In this document: positions 50,879 to 64,000 of the stretch, piece after piece
Layout: each line of letters starts with the position of its first letter
Position numbering within the stretch: position 1 is the first letter of the stretch
Origin: Octopus sinensis
Lineage: Eukaryota
Assembly: GCF_006345805.1 (NCBI RefSeq)
Contig: NC_043000.1
Location: 116,188,001 to 116,252,000, forward strand
Direction: 5' to 3'
Length of the DNA: 64,000 bases
Position numbers and translations under genes: made by a program
Notes under the pieces: generated by a model
Seen by the model: only the letters and a program-made list of their open reading frames with translations
Databases searched by the model: none
Told to the model about the DNA's origin: nothing

Positions 50879-51887
50879 TTTGCGAAAAGAGAATTTTCTC
50901 GACGAAGTTTCACTCCTTTTGATCTGAGATATTGAATGAATGGAAAAGTTTAGTTACGGATTTCCTTCATCAGACAAAAGGTTTTGTAATCGATACAAGG
51001 AGGAAAATGTACCGACATCAACAGTAAAACAAAATCTGCTTTCAAACTTTCATAACATTTTTTTTGCGCAGTTGTGAGAATCTTGGGTAAAAGGAAAGCA
51101 CCAGTATGGTGATAATAGATAAATACGTTTACAGATTGTTGGACTTCTACGGGAAATCAATAATATATTTCTCAAATAACTATGGAATGTCAGGTTAACA
51201 TTGTAGCTTGGTTTGACGAGGTACAGAGAGATTGTGTCGCCATGAATGATGAAATTGACATGGCAAAATAAACAAACAAACCAACCGAAAAAAACTCTGG
51301 GTCCATTCATTCCCTAAATATTTTCATACCGTACAGAAGCAGTTTCGAATTAACTATGTCCGACCTTACGTATCCAATAATATGGCACTCTATCGGTTAC
51401 GACAACGCGATTTCAACAGAACAGATTGCGCGTGGAATTCAAATACAAAGGTCTGATCACTCTAAAAACTCGCGTACTCTTAACCTGGTTCTCAGGGAAA
51501 GCCAACGTGACAAAGAATGTGACAGGTATCGACTTTTGATCTTACGATTGTGAGCCGAATATCGTAATCACGAGGTCACGCACCATCACTCACATGCAAG
51601 ACTGATGAGCAGGCAAATGTAAAAAGAGATAGCGAGGTCAGTCCCAATAAAAAAAAGATTCTAATAACTAAAACTCTGGTATATCAAATACAAAACTATT
51701 CTAGAAACTTTGCCAGTGTTTGCTTGATTGTATAAAGACATTCGTATCTAATCTGCCCTCGAGGGAGTTGAAGCCATTACACTTGATAAGGTAACTATTG
51801 CCATAGGAACTACCTTAGAAAGACATGCAAATTTTCAGGTTTAAAAACAACCAATTAGTAACAGAAATAGAAACGAAATAAATAACT

Positions 51888-52118
51888 ATTTCTTTACTAC
51901 CCACAAGGGGCTAAACACAGAGGGGACAAACAAGAACAGACAAACGGATTAAGCTGATTACATCGACCCCAGTGTGTAACTGGTACATAAATTATCGACC
52001 CCGAAAAGATGAAAGGCAAAGTCGACCTCGGTGGAATTTGAACTCAGAATGTAACGGCAGACGAAATACGGCTACGCATTTCGCCCGGCGTGCTAACGTT
52101 TCTGCCAGCTCGCCACCT
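51888..52118 (-). mobile_element. SINE family B
   Basis: TSD gaaacgaaataaataact. Confidence 0.9.
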
Positions 52119-52409
52119 ATGGAAACGAAATAAATAACTTAAGGAGGAGTTTGCGAATGTTTCTGTTTATTGACATTTGCGACTAATTTGCCGAGAAGTT
52201 TCCAACTTAATGTTTCGTGTGTGTGTACATGTGTGTATGTGTGCGTATGTGTATTCAATTTACTGGTGCTATGCTAAATAGAGTGGGAAAATGCTTTTAA
52301 TTAATATAATTGTGTTTAATTTTAGAATATAATCGCTTTGGTTAAAACAAGTTTAATCTCATCTGCCAAACATGAGCCACAGCTTCAGTTTTACCAGGTC
52401 TCGTCAGTG

Positions 52410-52650
52410 AAATACCTATTTCTTTACTACCCACAAGGGGCTAAACACAGAGAAGACAAACAAGGACAAACAAACGGATCAAGTCGATTATATCGACTCC
52501 AGTGCGTAACTGGTACTTATTTAATCGACCCCGAAAGGATGAAAGGCAAAGTCGACCTCGGCGGAATTTCAACTCAGAACGCAGCGGCGGACGAAATACC
52601 ACAAAGCATTTCGCCCGGCGTGCTAATGTTTCTGCCAGCTCGCCGCCGTT
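52410..52650 (-). mobile_element. SINE family B
   Basis: TSD tcgtcagtgaaata. Confidence 0.9.
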
Positions 52651-53449
52651 TCGTCAGTGAAATATCGTCTTCTCCACACATCTCAGTATCGCAGCTAAAA
52701 GGATTAGTGATAAGAGGAACGGAATATTTATGCACAATAACGTGGAGGCGTAATTGTCAACAACCATTAAAATGACAGACGTTACAATAGCTGGCATCAC
52801 GTTGCCAAATGTTATTTACGTGTCTCGGATTCATGGCAATGCCTGTTAATTCCATTTCAGGACATACTTCAGACGTTGCCAGTTAAAAGTGAGATTTGTA
52901 TTATCAGAATGAGAACAAGTAATTGAATATGAAATGTGTCAACCGTGTCAATCGATCAAATACTCAGACTCACTCACATAAGTTTGTTTTCGGAAAGTTG
53001 ACGAGTGGCTTGGAACATTTAGAAAATACAAAATAATGAACTTCAACAAGAATATAAACATTATATCTTGAAAAGCGAAAAAAAAAAAAAAGTCCAGGGT
53101 CGACAGAAATGATCCGAAAATCTCTCTCATCTTTTTCATCTTCTCCCGCTTTATTGATAACGATAAACTGTGTTGACAGATTTGTCTGATTCACTTTAGT
53201 TTGCGATATGTTGTCGCTTTTGTTTGTAAGTTAATTTTGTGTGTGGGGGCCAAGTCAACGAAATGAAAATCCATTTTCATAAACGATCATTCACAATTAA
53301 AAAATGGTTAATTTTGCATAATTTTCTACAAACCGCTGAGAAGAAATTTCACAATCACCATTTCATTCAATCTCTTCAAAATATATATAGTCTATTGACT
53401 AGATTTTTTCCTCTCGCTAGACGACTGATAGCAAATATATATATATATA

Positions 53450-53822
53450 GGTGCAATGACCCAGTCGTAAGGGTAGCGGACTTGCAGTCATGGGATCGGG
53501 GTTTCAACTCCCAGACCGGGCGTTGTAAGTGTTTATTGAGCGAAAACACCTAAAGCTCCACGAGTCCTTGGTAGGAGATGGTGGGGAATCCTGCTGTACT
53601 CTTTCACCTCAACTTTCTCTCCTTCTTTCTTCCTGTTTCTGTCCTATCAGTATTTCAGAGAGCCAGCTTTGTCATACTCTGTTTCACACTGAAACTCTCC
53701 GAGAACTACGTTAAGGGTACGCGTGTCTGTAGAGTGCTCAGCAACTTACACGTTAATTTCACGAGCGATCTGTTCCGCTGATTGGATCAATGGGAACCCT
53801 CGTTGTAGTAACCGACGGTGTG
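53450..53822 (+). mobile_element. SINE family C with a third tail type
   Basis: Head ggtgcaatgacccagtcgtaagggtagcggac; tail ...gttaatttcacgagcg...gtaaccgacgg. Confidence 0.78.
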
Positions 53823-54199
53823 CCATATATATATGTGTGTGTGTTTTTTTGTGTGTGTGTGTATGTGTGTGTATGTGTGCGTGTGTATGTGTGTGTGTGT
53901 GTGTTGTGTTCGCCACTTATCAGCGTTTGATAACCAGTCTAAGCTTGTTTACGCTCCTGTAACTTAACGATTCACGAATCCTCCGTTATTTCTGTACTGA
54001 ATATAGTAAATTTCTAAGAAATTAATCCGGAATATGATATGAGGCAAAGAATCTGTCGATATAGTGGTCCAGTCTCAAATAACCTAATAAAAACGGGTCA
54101 CATTTCCGTTCGTCGTGAGAAATACAATAATACAATGCTGGTGTAGAGAGTTATCGATTGTGTAAATGTCTTTAAAACAGAATTAGTCATCTGTAGTAT

Positions 54200-54780
54200 T
54201 AGACCCAACAGGTCATAACAACTCTAAGTTGAAATTGGCGATGCACGGCGGCAAAAGGGAAAAATATGTTTCGAACTTCATGCAATAAAATTCGTAATAC
54301 ATTTCTCCTGACTTCGGTATAACAAAATAGACCCGACCAAGTGTTTCTTCTTTGAAAATGTTCAAATGGCCTTCAGCATTTTTCTCGCTTTCTTCTTTGC
54401 AATTCTTTATTACTACTGTTCCAAGTGAAACTACATGGCTACTCCAGCATAAAGTAATGTTTTTGCAAAGTCATCATTGATGCACAATGAAAAGAATTCT
54501 GTCAATGTTGTTCTGATATGTCGTTCATTGACAACCATATATATTCTCATAATTTCTGAGCAATATTCTTTGTTCATCTCGTAGATGAAATTGAAATCTC
54601 ATTACTGCAGGTGCCCTTTCATGAAATGAAAATCCTAAAATGGATGCCAGTTTTTCGGATGGTCCGATACACCGACACCTTATATTTTGACTAATTTCAT
54701 TATCATTGTTTATTTGAACATTTCTCTTCAGTGTTGTGATGACATTCTTAAGTGACCTCACTGAGTCAACGATTTTAACG
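54200..54780 (-). mobile_element. Helitron Rep/helicase coding relic
   Basis: RCIGPSEKLASILGFSFHERAPAVMRFQFHLRDEQ and TTLTEFFSLCINDDFAKTLLY match the Helitron RY....EA.WRI.GF..HER.PAV.RL..HL..EQ / TTLT.FF.L...D..A..LLY motifs. Confidence 0.85.
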
Positions 54781-55014
54781 TTGCAGTGGCATTTGAGTAC
54801 TCTTATAAGAGCTTCATTAGAAGATACAAACTATTTGTTGATTGTTTTCCCCTTTTTCATGGGATTCACCTCCTCCCATTGCAACTGACCTTCGTCTATA
54901 AAGAAATAGTCTCTCTGTTTTTCTGCTTTTGATTAAGACGAGATAGATTAATGTTTCACAATTGTAGCGTGGAAGGTGTTTGTAAGCCATTTAAGAAACA
55001 CACAAAAGCCGTTT

Positions 55015-55086
55015 CATTGACTTCAACATTTAAGTTTAATTTGTCAAAATATTTTCGTCGCTAAAATCCGCGACCTGTTCACAATA
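55015..55086 (-). mobile_element. Penelope-like terminal fragment with degenerate hammerhead motif
   Basis: Reverse complement reads gTGAACA-gGTCGC-ggatttta-GCGAC-GAAAATATT: stem II intact, palindromic AATATT helix III, core positions 3 and 8 mutated. Confidence 0.45.
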
Positions 55087-55829
55087 GTAATTTTCCCCTT
55101 TAAGACAAACAAAAACAAGATAAAGTATACGTGATTAAAAAGTTAGAGAGAATTTCTATCTTTCAGTCCTTGGCACCCGAAAGTTGTATACATGAGTAAG
55201 CGAAGAAAAAAATAAAGCAAGATAAATGGACTGACGACGACCGCCGCAAATCAACATTTTCAACTTGATTTTATTTTTCTTAAAGGGAAAAATGACTATT
55301 TCATTTTATTTGTAATCTTTATCATCTTAATGAAAGGGCAGGAAAACGGACAAACGAACACTGAATTTTACTATAATAATATATATATATATATATATAT
55401 TATTATATATATTATATATATATATATATCTATATATATATATTATAGTAAAATTCACATCCATACATGCACAAACAAGGCAACAGAGGTGCATACATAT
55501 ACAAACATGCTCACACAAACATACATAGAAAATATACACACACGGACATGCAAGCACATAAATATGCAGGATACGTACATACATACATACATACACACGT
55601 ACATGCTTGCATATATAAGCACACACACACACACACTGACCCACACACATGAGCACAAACAAACAAAAGGAAACGCAGTGTAAATAACGGACAGAGTCAA
55701 GACTATTGAAAAGGTTGCAAGAGGCAACGAAAAGTTTAGGACAATAAAAATAAGAAAAACGTGGAAATTTTTACCAGTGAGTGTGTTACATAATAAGGCA
55801 CAAAAAATGACTCTCCCCAGACACAATAG

Positions 55830-55935
<106 letters not shown>

Positions 55936-56104
55936 GTATTATGCAAAAGTGTGGTAAGCACAAAACATTGTTTTTCAAGAAAAGGAAAACATAAATTCGC
56001 CATTACATTGTAAAACCGTTGTATGCCCTTAAAAGTAAACGGCTATTGTGCAAGCAAAGATAAATATTGACCAAACATGGACATGCAACAGTTTAACTTA
56101 ATAG

Positions 56105-56161
<57 letters not shown>

Positions 56162-56639
56162 TATATATATATATATATATGTGTGTGTATATATGTATGT
56201 TTATATATATATGAAATCTGATATACAAAACATATAATAATATAGATTGTCTCTCACTTGAATATGGATGCGATTCTACGAGTTATTGCAATTATGATTG
56301 AGTAGAGGCGATGAGATTTTCAAATGAAGATCTCTACATCAGCAACGACAGTCAGTGATGGAAAAATAAGTCATGCTGAATTTCCTTTTTAACAGGCGCC
56401 GAAATTATGTAACGAAGGCAACGGCAACACGCTTATTGCTCTGCAGAATACATCACCGCCATAACATGATTAAGGATGGAAATTTCTTTCAGAACAACAT
56501 CGAGGAAGACTAATGCAGATGCATCAGATATCTCTCGATCGGAAAGCACTTAACGTTAGTAAAATTTGTACAAAGCGACAAAGCGATGATTCCATCCCAG
56601 TCGAAGACAATATGTATACGTATACATATGTATATGTGA

Positions 56640-56676
<37 letters not shown>

Positions 56677-56808
56677 ATATATATATATATACATCTATAT
56701 ACACACATATATATATATATATTCGTATATATATATACATATATATATACACACATATATATATTCATATATATATACATACATATACACACATATATAT
56801 ATATACTC

Positions 56809-56842
<34 letters not shown>

Positions 56843-56861
56843 GTGCATATGTATATATGTG

Positions 56862-57100
56862 GACGCGCGTGGTTTAGTGGTTAGTGTGTCAGCATCATGG
56901 TCGCAAGATTGTGGTTTCGATTCCTGGACCTGGCGAAGCGTTGTGTTCTTGAGCAAAACACTTCATTTCACGTTGCTCCAGCTCACTCAGCTGGCAAAAA
57001 TGAGTAACGCTGCGATGGACTGGCGTCCAGCTGGGTAACACATTCGCCATGGAAACCAGGAAACCGGGCCCATGAGACTGGCTAGGCTTTGAAAGGGTGC
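56862..57100 (+). mobile_element. SINE family D head with V-domain-like body (gcgatggactggcgtcc...gaaaccggg)
   Basis: The same body is attached to a family C head at 59800-60100 (-). The V-SINE resemblance is from recall. Confidence 0.75.
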
Positions 57101-57144
57101 ATTTGTATTTTTATTTATATGTATATATGTGTGTGTTTGTAAGT

Positions 57145-57196
<52 letters not shown>

Positions 57197-57430
57197 GTAT
57201 GTATATATATATGTTTGTATAACCTCTCTGTCTATATATCTACCCTCTTTGTAATATTGGCAAATGAAGTAAGTATAAGAATGTGCATTGTCCGTTTAAT
57301 TGAAACATTCTATATGTGGCTGAAGATTGCTCGACATTTTAAAACTGATGTAATACTTACAGGGTTTAATAACATGAAGTAGCATGAAACAATTGTACTA
57401 CTCTACCTTGGATATCCTTGTTTCTTATTT

Positions 57431-57535
<105 letters not shown>

Positions 57536-57941
57536 ATGTATGTATGTATGTATATGCGCGTAAATACATGTATAAGAACGTCATATTTCTGATTGTCGTA
57601 GGCGCATAGGATATGCAATCGCATTAGGAAGGGCGCCCATAAAGTAGGCTGCTCTATTATCGATCCTTTCCTGTAAATACGATACATCACACCTGTTACC
57701 CTTCTCCTTCAATAAATGTATACTTAATGTTTGTCTCCAATTCATGTATATCTTGTTTTGATATTGAATTTATATGCAAATATTTGCTTTGAAAGGGAAT
57801 GTTTATTCATTGTTATTTCCGAGAATTAATTTACATTAAAAAAAAAAAAAAAGGCTGAAATATAATAGTTAGCACATGACTCTACCAATACGGCGCAAAA
57901 TGATATAACCACGAAACAGAACAAATAACAGTGCGAAATAT

Positions 57942-58361
57942 ATATTTCTTTACTACCCACATGGGACTAAACATAGAGGAGACAAACAAGGACAGAGAAA
58001 GGGATTAAGTCGATTACATCGACCCCAGTGCGTAACTGGTACTTAGTTTATCGACCCCGAAAGGATGAAAGGCAAAGTCGACCTCGGCAGAATTTGAACT
58101 CAGAACATAACGATAGACGAAATACCTATTTCTTTATTACCGACAAGAGGCTAAACACAGAGGGAACAAACAAGGACAGACATATAGGTATTAAGTCGAT
58201 TACATCGAACCCAGTGCGTAACTGGTACTTAATTTATCGACCCCGGAAGGATGAAAGGCAAAGTCGACCTCGGCGGAATTTGAACTCAGAACGTAACGGC
58301 AAACGAAATACCGCTAAGCATTTCGCCCGGCACGCTAACGATTCTACCAGCTCACCGCCTT
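57942..58361 (-). mobile_element. SINE family B dimer
   Basis: Same internal junction as the trimers; TSD acagtg(c/a)gaaatata. Confidence 0.9.
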
Positions 58362-58657
58362 GACAGTGAGAAATATAGTTGATTCAGTCAGTTAGAACAT
58401 GTAACTAGTATTTACCCGTGCCAAAGAGATTTCGCAACTTGTAAAGTAAAATTAAAGAACAGCTGAATTTTCGTTCAAATCACGCCATGCTAAGGTAAAG
58501 AAAAGAAGAAAAGAGTGAAACAACACGTATTTTTGATATTTATTGACGTCAATCTTGAAGCCCTAACATAGATGCGTAACATGTTCAGAAGAAGTGAAAA
58601 ACAGCTGAATTTTTCCTAATATCACAGGATACTCGGTTTAAAAAGGAACTCATTAGA

Positions 58658-58866
58658 CAAGCGTTTTTCAAACTTTTTGTCGCGACCCATTTTATTTATA
58701 TTACTACACACTGAAGGCCCGGGACCCACAGTTTTAAAAACACTGGTTTACATTCAGCATTTTGTACCCACTTGCATTTTTTTTCTTTCCCTCTTTTTTG
58801 TCACGACCCGTTTTATTTATCTCGCAACCCAATGAAGAGTCTGGACCCGCATTTTGAAAAACGCTG
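58658..58866. mobile_element. Two short related hAT-like MITEs
   Basis: caagcgtttttcaaa...aaaaacactg and ...ttttgaaaaacgctg termini with shared cgaccc(a/g)ttttatttat cores. Confidence 0.4.
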
Positions 58867-59799
58867 CATCTGACAATGCGCCCCTGGTATAAAACATGGC
58901 CACGGCTGCTACGCCTTTAGCATAGATCTGCTAGTAAATATTTATTCTAAAAGAACAATATATGTATATGTCTCATTGGTATGATAACGAAAATCAAGCG
59001 GATGATATTTGAATTCACTCAGGATACTGCCAATACAAAATAGTGATGTCTTTTAATATCACACAAACCTATGTTTTACGGAAGATGGATTGCTGTTAAT
59101 TAAATAGACTGAAGTATATTACGCTTCTAATTGCATTACTCTTTGGAATATTAAAAGTCAATATAGACGCGGAAATATCATGGCATTTCTAGGAACATTG
59201 AACAGTAGTGAAATAATAAATAGCCGGGCTACTATTTGCTGACGCAGCTATCAATATAGCCATCAATTTGAATAATATTTGTTTGTCTAATTGACCCCAC
59301 TTTCTGTCACAGTAAGTTAATTCGTAGACATAGTCTCAAGATATGTTTCATTATATCAAGTCAATACCACACACTTATAAGGAAGAATAAAGCGTTATCA
59401 AGATAGATGAGTACAAATACCAGTCAAGAACTGGGATAATTTAATCAAAGAAGTTTCTTCTAGAAAATGTCTGATTGTAGCGTAAGTTAGAAAAAAATTA
59501 TTTACACTGATGACAGATTGACATATATTACAGTATCGGAGATTAAATATATTGAAGTATTTACACACATTTCCGTACAACCAAAGTTCTAATTCCACCT
59601 AGAACCTTGGTTACATTGTGTTCATCTTGTGTCCATATAATCAGTAGACGCTGAATTGTAACTAACCTTTCCCCTGTCCAAAGCATTTTCACAGTTTGTT
59701 CTAAACGTCCACGCTTCTTTTGCTTGTTTTCAGACTCTTAGCCCGTGTTCATACATTCTGAGTATTGCAAAGCTTTCATTTCATTAGTCCCTTGTTAAT

Positions 59800-60100
59800 C
59801 TGGTCGCCCTTTTCAAGCCTAGCCAGGCTCATGGGCCCGGTTTCCCGGTTTCTGTGGCGTATGTGCTCCCCTAGCTGGATCGGACGCCAGTCTATCGCAG
59901 CGTTACTCAAGAAACAAAATGAGAGAGTGAGAGAAAGTTGTGGCGAAAGAGTACAACAGGGGTCGCCACCACCCCCTGCCGGAGCCTCGTGGAGCTTTTA
60001 TGTGTTTTCGCTCAATGAACACACACAACGCCCGGTCTGGGAATCGAAACCGCGATCCTCCGACCGCTAGTCTGCTTCCCTAACCACTAGACCATTGCGC
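59800..60100 (-). mobile_element. SINE family C head with V-domain-like body
   Basis: Head (reverse complement) gtggaggcgcaatggtctagtggttaggg. Confidence 0.8.
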
Positions 60101-60524
60101 CTCCACAGATGTGATCTTAGTGTTAAATGTAGCAACAAATTTCAGTCTCTCAAAGCAATCGTCGAAGTTTATGCAATTAGCTGCCCTCGTTTTTTCGATG
60201 GCCAGCCCATCGAGGCATTTGAGGATTATGATAAATCACCATGGCGGATAATATTGACAATACATTCCCCACACTTGTCCTCTTTAACCCTTTGCCGTAA
60301 CAAAACATTTCTACAAGTTTGTGGTAAACGCCCATGCTCGCTTTTGGGGTTTTACTGAGGTATTATTGAATACGTTCTGAGTAATAATAAAAACCTCAAA
60401 TTACTCCGGTGATGGAGAAAAATCGGGAATATGCATCATATATGAAGCATGGAAATAAGTCTTGTGCATCACATAGGAAGCACAGGAGAGACACAGCGTC
60501 CATATGAATAACAATATTCGCTTC

Positions 60525-60614
60525 TACAGTTCTATATGGCGTAGCGGTTAAGAGTGCAGGGTTCTAGCCCCAAGTTTCCGAGTTCAATTCCAGGCAGTGA
60601 ACTGAATAATAATG

Positions 60615-60681
<67 letters not shown>

Positions 60682-61038
60682 GGAATCACAACCATGTTTC
60701 GTGGTCTGCTACCTCAACAGCTCCTTTATAGAATCCAGTTAGTTCAAGACATGATCAGGAGGAACCACGTCCGGTTCCGGCCCCTACACCTCTACCGATT
60801 TGATGTGGGGGGACCCGTCCTTTCGGAGGTGTCTTCAGCTCTGGTGTTTGGTGCATGTCTTCTTTCTTCTGTTCCTTGGCCTCTTCGATGTATCGTCAGT
60901 GAGTGTCTGCCGGTGACTGACTGACTTGTCAAATTTTTCCCTTTAAATACCTTGCTGAGACTCCAGCAAGCAGCCCCAGCAAGTTGTTACGTGACACTGT
61001 CTCACCTTAACTGACTAGTGAAGGCGCGTTATCTTAGC

Positions 61039-61136
<98 letters not shown>

Positions 61137-61268
61137 TCAAAAAATACCTTAGGAATGAGAACCCAGTTTCTCACACGTGATGAAGGCTGGAGAGTATATC
61201 AGCCGAAACGTTGTATTAGCAACAAACAAGATGAGGACAAATATCTGTCAAATGCAAATAATGTAAAT
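60525..61268 (+). mobile_element. Second copy of the tRNA-headed, hammerhead-tailed element, split in its (AAT)n by a 350-bp insert (60681-61039)
   Basis: Head tggcgtagcggttaagag...gagttcaattccaggcagtga; tail cacacGTGATGAaggctg...cagccGAAACGTTG; TSD aat(a/g)ttcgcttc at 60513-60524 and 61269-61280. Confidence 0.8.
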
Positions 61269-61737
61269 AATGTTCGCTTCATTTCTATCATTCTGTATTT
61301 TTAATCAATATCCCCTTATTATCTTCATATCACATAAATAATTATGTGATAATGTTTCACTGAGTTTATAACCTTTAACTTTTAAGTGTATTTCTTATGC
61401 AATATATTTGTGGAAAACAGGAGTAAATTGTTAAACATACGCTTTACATTTGTCGTAACACTCAATGCTGGCTGTTAAATCTAACGATATTTTCTACCGT
61501 TCATAAGAACAGAGTCATAAGCTAAACGCTGTTTCCGCAACAAATAGTTTGATATTCGTTGTAGCTGACAAGAAAAGAGTCAAATATACAAACTGGTGTA
61601 TGCAGTTTACCTTAACCTCTGATATTAGTAAAAGTGATAAGCAATGTCTTCATGAATATTTAGAGTGGGTACACAGTTGCTGCAAAGCATTCTGTCACGA
61701 ACATTTTGAGAGAAACTACTTACCACACTGCTGCGCC

Positions 61738-61774
<37 letters not shown>

Positions 61775-62156
61775 GTGTATGTGTGTGTGTGTGTGTATGT
61801 GTATGTGTGTATATGTGTGTGTGTGTAACTCAGGACTTTACTGTCTGGAGTTTTAGGACTGCTAAGGCTGGTTAATCAGTTTTCGTAGCATAGACGTGAC
61901 ACAGATTACGGCATTATTCCGAAAAGCGAACCGGTTCATCGTAGGTTAACTTCTTTACAACAAGGTGGAATGGAGCAGCCTGCAATGACGTATTTTGCTC
62001 AAGAACACAACGCACACCCGGACCAGGGATCGAAGCGATAATCTTGTGATCGCTACCACAATATTCTGACAACTAGGCCGCGTGATTTCACATTTGTATA
62101 GACATGACCGTAACACAAAGTGTTGGGGATGAAGTCTATAAAAATGTTCTATAGTA

Positions 62157-62706
62157 TTGGGTTGTCCGGAAAGCTTGTGTCGATTTTTAAAGGAAAGAAA
62201 AAGGTCAATTACATTTTTAATCAACCAAATATAAACCATTTTGTTGCACAATGCGTCTCCATCTTTCCTTTAACTTGAAAATACCCTTTTCCGAGAATTG
62301 AGGTGGTTTCATGGCAAAGAATTCAAGGTGTCTTTTTACGTCATACAATGAATTGAAAGTTTTACCATTAAGACTATTATGCAGAGACCTGAATAAATGG
62401 GAATCCGAAGGAGCAATATCTGATGAATATAGAGGGTGGGGTAACACATCCCAGCCAAGCTGCAGCAATTTTTGTCTGGTTCCCAAAGCATCAAGTGCCG
62501 AAAATGAACTTTCTTGTCTTCCATTTTAAAGGGTTACAGAATTAACACAGGTTATAGGAACATAAACCTTCTTCCACGAAAAGATAGCTTAAACTGTGCT
62601 CTAAATGGAGGTGTAGTCAAATCCTATTTTCTGGACTCAGGCATGTTCTAAAATAAATTGAAAGGTAAGCTACTATAAATCGGCACGAACTTTCCGCACA
62701 AACCAA
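62157..62706 (-). mobile_element. Internally deleted mariner (550 bp)
   Basis: TIRs TTGGGTTGTCCGGAAAGC / TTGGTTTGTGCGGAAAGT with TA on both sides. N-terminal MEDKKVHFRHLML joined to C-terminal LGWDVLPHPLYSSDIAPSDSHLFRSL. Confidence 0.9.
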
Positions 62707-62992
62707 TACATTACAGGGCTACTTTTTGAATTTTCTAGCACGACATAAACCTATGTCCTTTGATATATTCAACACTAGTTGTGATTTGAGGTAAATTTGG
62801 TTACTATTTTAGAAAGGCAAGATACATCGTTTAGGTACCCTAGTGTTTTGCATCAGTAACATGTATTCAGTTTTAAACTTCTAAAATGGAAGTTTATGTG
62901 TAAAGTACAACGTGCCTTGAGGCGATATGGTGAAATGACGCCGTCGATTATGCCTAAGAAATATTTGGAGGGTATATAGTGTTCCATATTAA

Positions 62993-63840
62993 CCCTTTGA
63001 CAACGGTTGACGCAAATATACGATCACACTTTTGCTTGCCTACCCGCGGTTAGCGTAAATATACGATGTAGAGCTGCCCTACATCTATCACGGACTTTTT
63101 AGCGGCTGACGTATGTTTACGTTCGCAATCGTGTACTTTATCTCTTGAGATGCGCGCACTCGCCGTCCCGTGCATTATCTTAGCTATTTTAGGTTACGTT
63201 CAAGTCATGAGACTAGCAGGAGAGCAATGACAAGCGGATATTTTCATGCATAATACTGTGTTTTGAGTTGTACCACACGCAAGCTATTTTTTAATTTTGA
63301 GCAGAATAACTCGTGCATATCATATGATAAATAGCCATTTCTTTACTACTCACAAGGGGCGAAACACAGAGATGACAAACAAGGACAGATAAACGGATTA
63401 AGTCGATTATATCGACCCCAGTGCGTAACTGGTTCTTAATTAATCGACCCCGAAAGGATGAAAGGCAAAGTCGACCTCGGCGGAATTTGAACTCAGAACG
63501 TAACGGCAGACAAAATACTGCTAAGCATTTCGCCCGGCGTGCTAACGTTTCTGCCAGCTTGCCACCTTCTTTACATGCATAATACCGTGTTTTGAGCTGT
63601 ACCACACGCAGGCTATTTTTTTAACTTGAGCAGAATAACTCATGCATATCATATTATGATAGATAGCTTCACATAGTTCGTTTTCATAAACGGGTCGACG
63701 TAAATGTACGACGCTATGTTATTGTAACGGTGAACGTAAATAGAGGTGAGCTCGTTGGCACTTGTGTGTTTGTGTGGCCTTATTAGATAAAAAACCGGAG
63801 CAGTGTCTCGCATGCTTCGGGTAATACCGGCGTCGAAGGG
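62993..63840. mobile_element. Non-autonomous piggyBac-like element carrying a SINE-B insertion
   Basis: TTAA|CCCTTTGACAACGG ... CCGGCGTCGAAGGG|TTAG termini (imperfect TIR, right TTAA mutated). Confidence 0.65.
63336..63568 (-). mobile_element. SINE family B
   Basis: Full unit flanked by a direct repeat of about 92 bp. Confidence 0.9.
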
Positions 63841-64000
63841 TTAGGAATAAGTTTAGAGAAGGCACGTATTGATGTATATTAAATGTGGTTGGGATGGAAA
63901 ATATATACAATAAACTATGTTAAAAGAGAAATATTGAATTAAGTGAAAGAAATTCAGAGAGAAGAGGTGAGAAGGAGAAGGAGTGAGAAAGGTTATCAGA

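Noticed and set aside
56380-56550. Minus-strand exon candidate after a TACTAAC (LSDREISDASALVFLDVVLKEISIL)
   Set aside because: The branch point is unusually close to the AG, and there is no homology or partner exon.
57942-58363. Recurrent peptides such as [26 protein letters not shown] as a gene family
   Set aside because: Antisense translations of SINE-B copies.

Overview
AT-rich eukaryotic genomic DNA, with no prokaryotic operon structure and no CRISPR array. The repeat families (tRNA-headed SINEs and TA/CA/TCTA/AAT microsatellites) match what I recall from Octopus genomes, so the source is most likely an octopod intron or intergenic region; this is an inference, not a database result. 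I recognise no intact host protein-coding gene, and nearly all listed ORFs are microsatellite or SINE artefacts. The window holds more than 30 SINE copies from several modular families and several DNA-transposon relics: a full-length frameshifted mariner, deleted mariners, a DD41D relic, Helitron pieces and piggyBac-like pieces. It also holds CR1- and R4/Dong-type LINE 3' ends, a probable solo LTR, a U6 snRNA copy, a tRNA-like sequence and a decayed reading frame with a 9-aa repeat. The most interesting layer is a set of hammerhead-ribozyme (HHR) motifs of the minimal Penelope type. One forms the tail of a tRNA-headed SINE-like element. A perfect 234-bp-arm palindrome carries an intact HHR core on both strands. 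Two shorter fold-backs break at the palindromic helix-III motif. Coordinates were counted by hand, and element boundaries are approximate unless a TSD or TIR is quoted.
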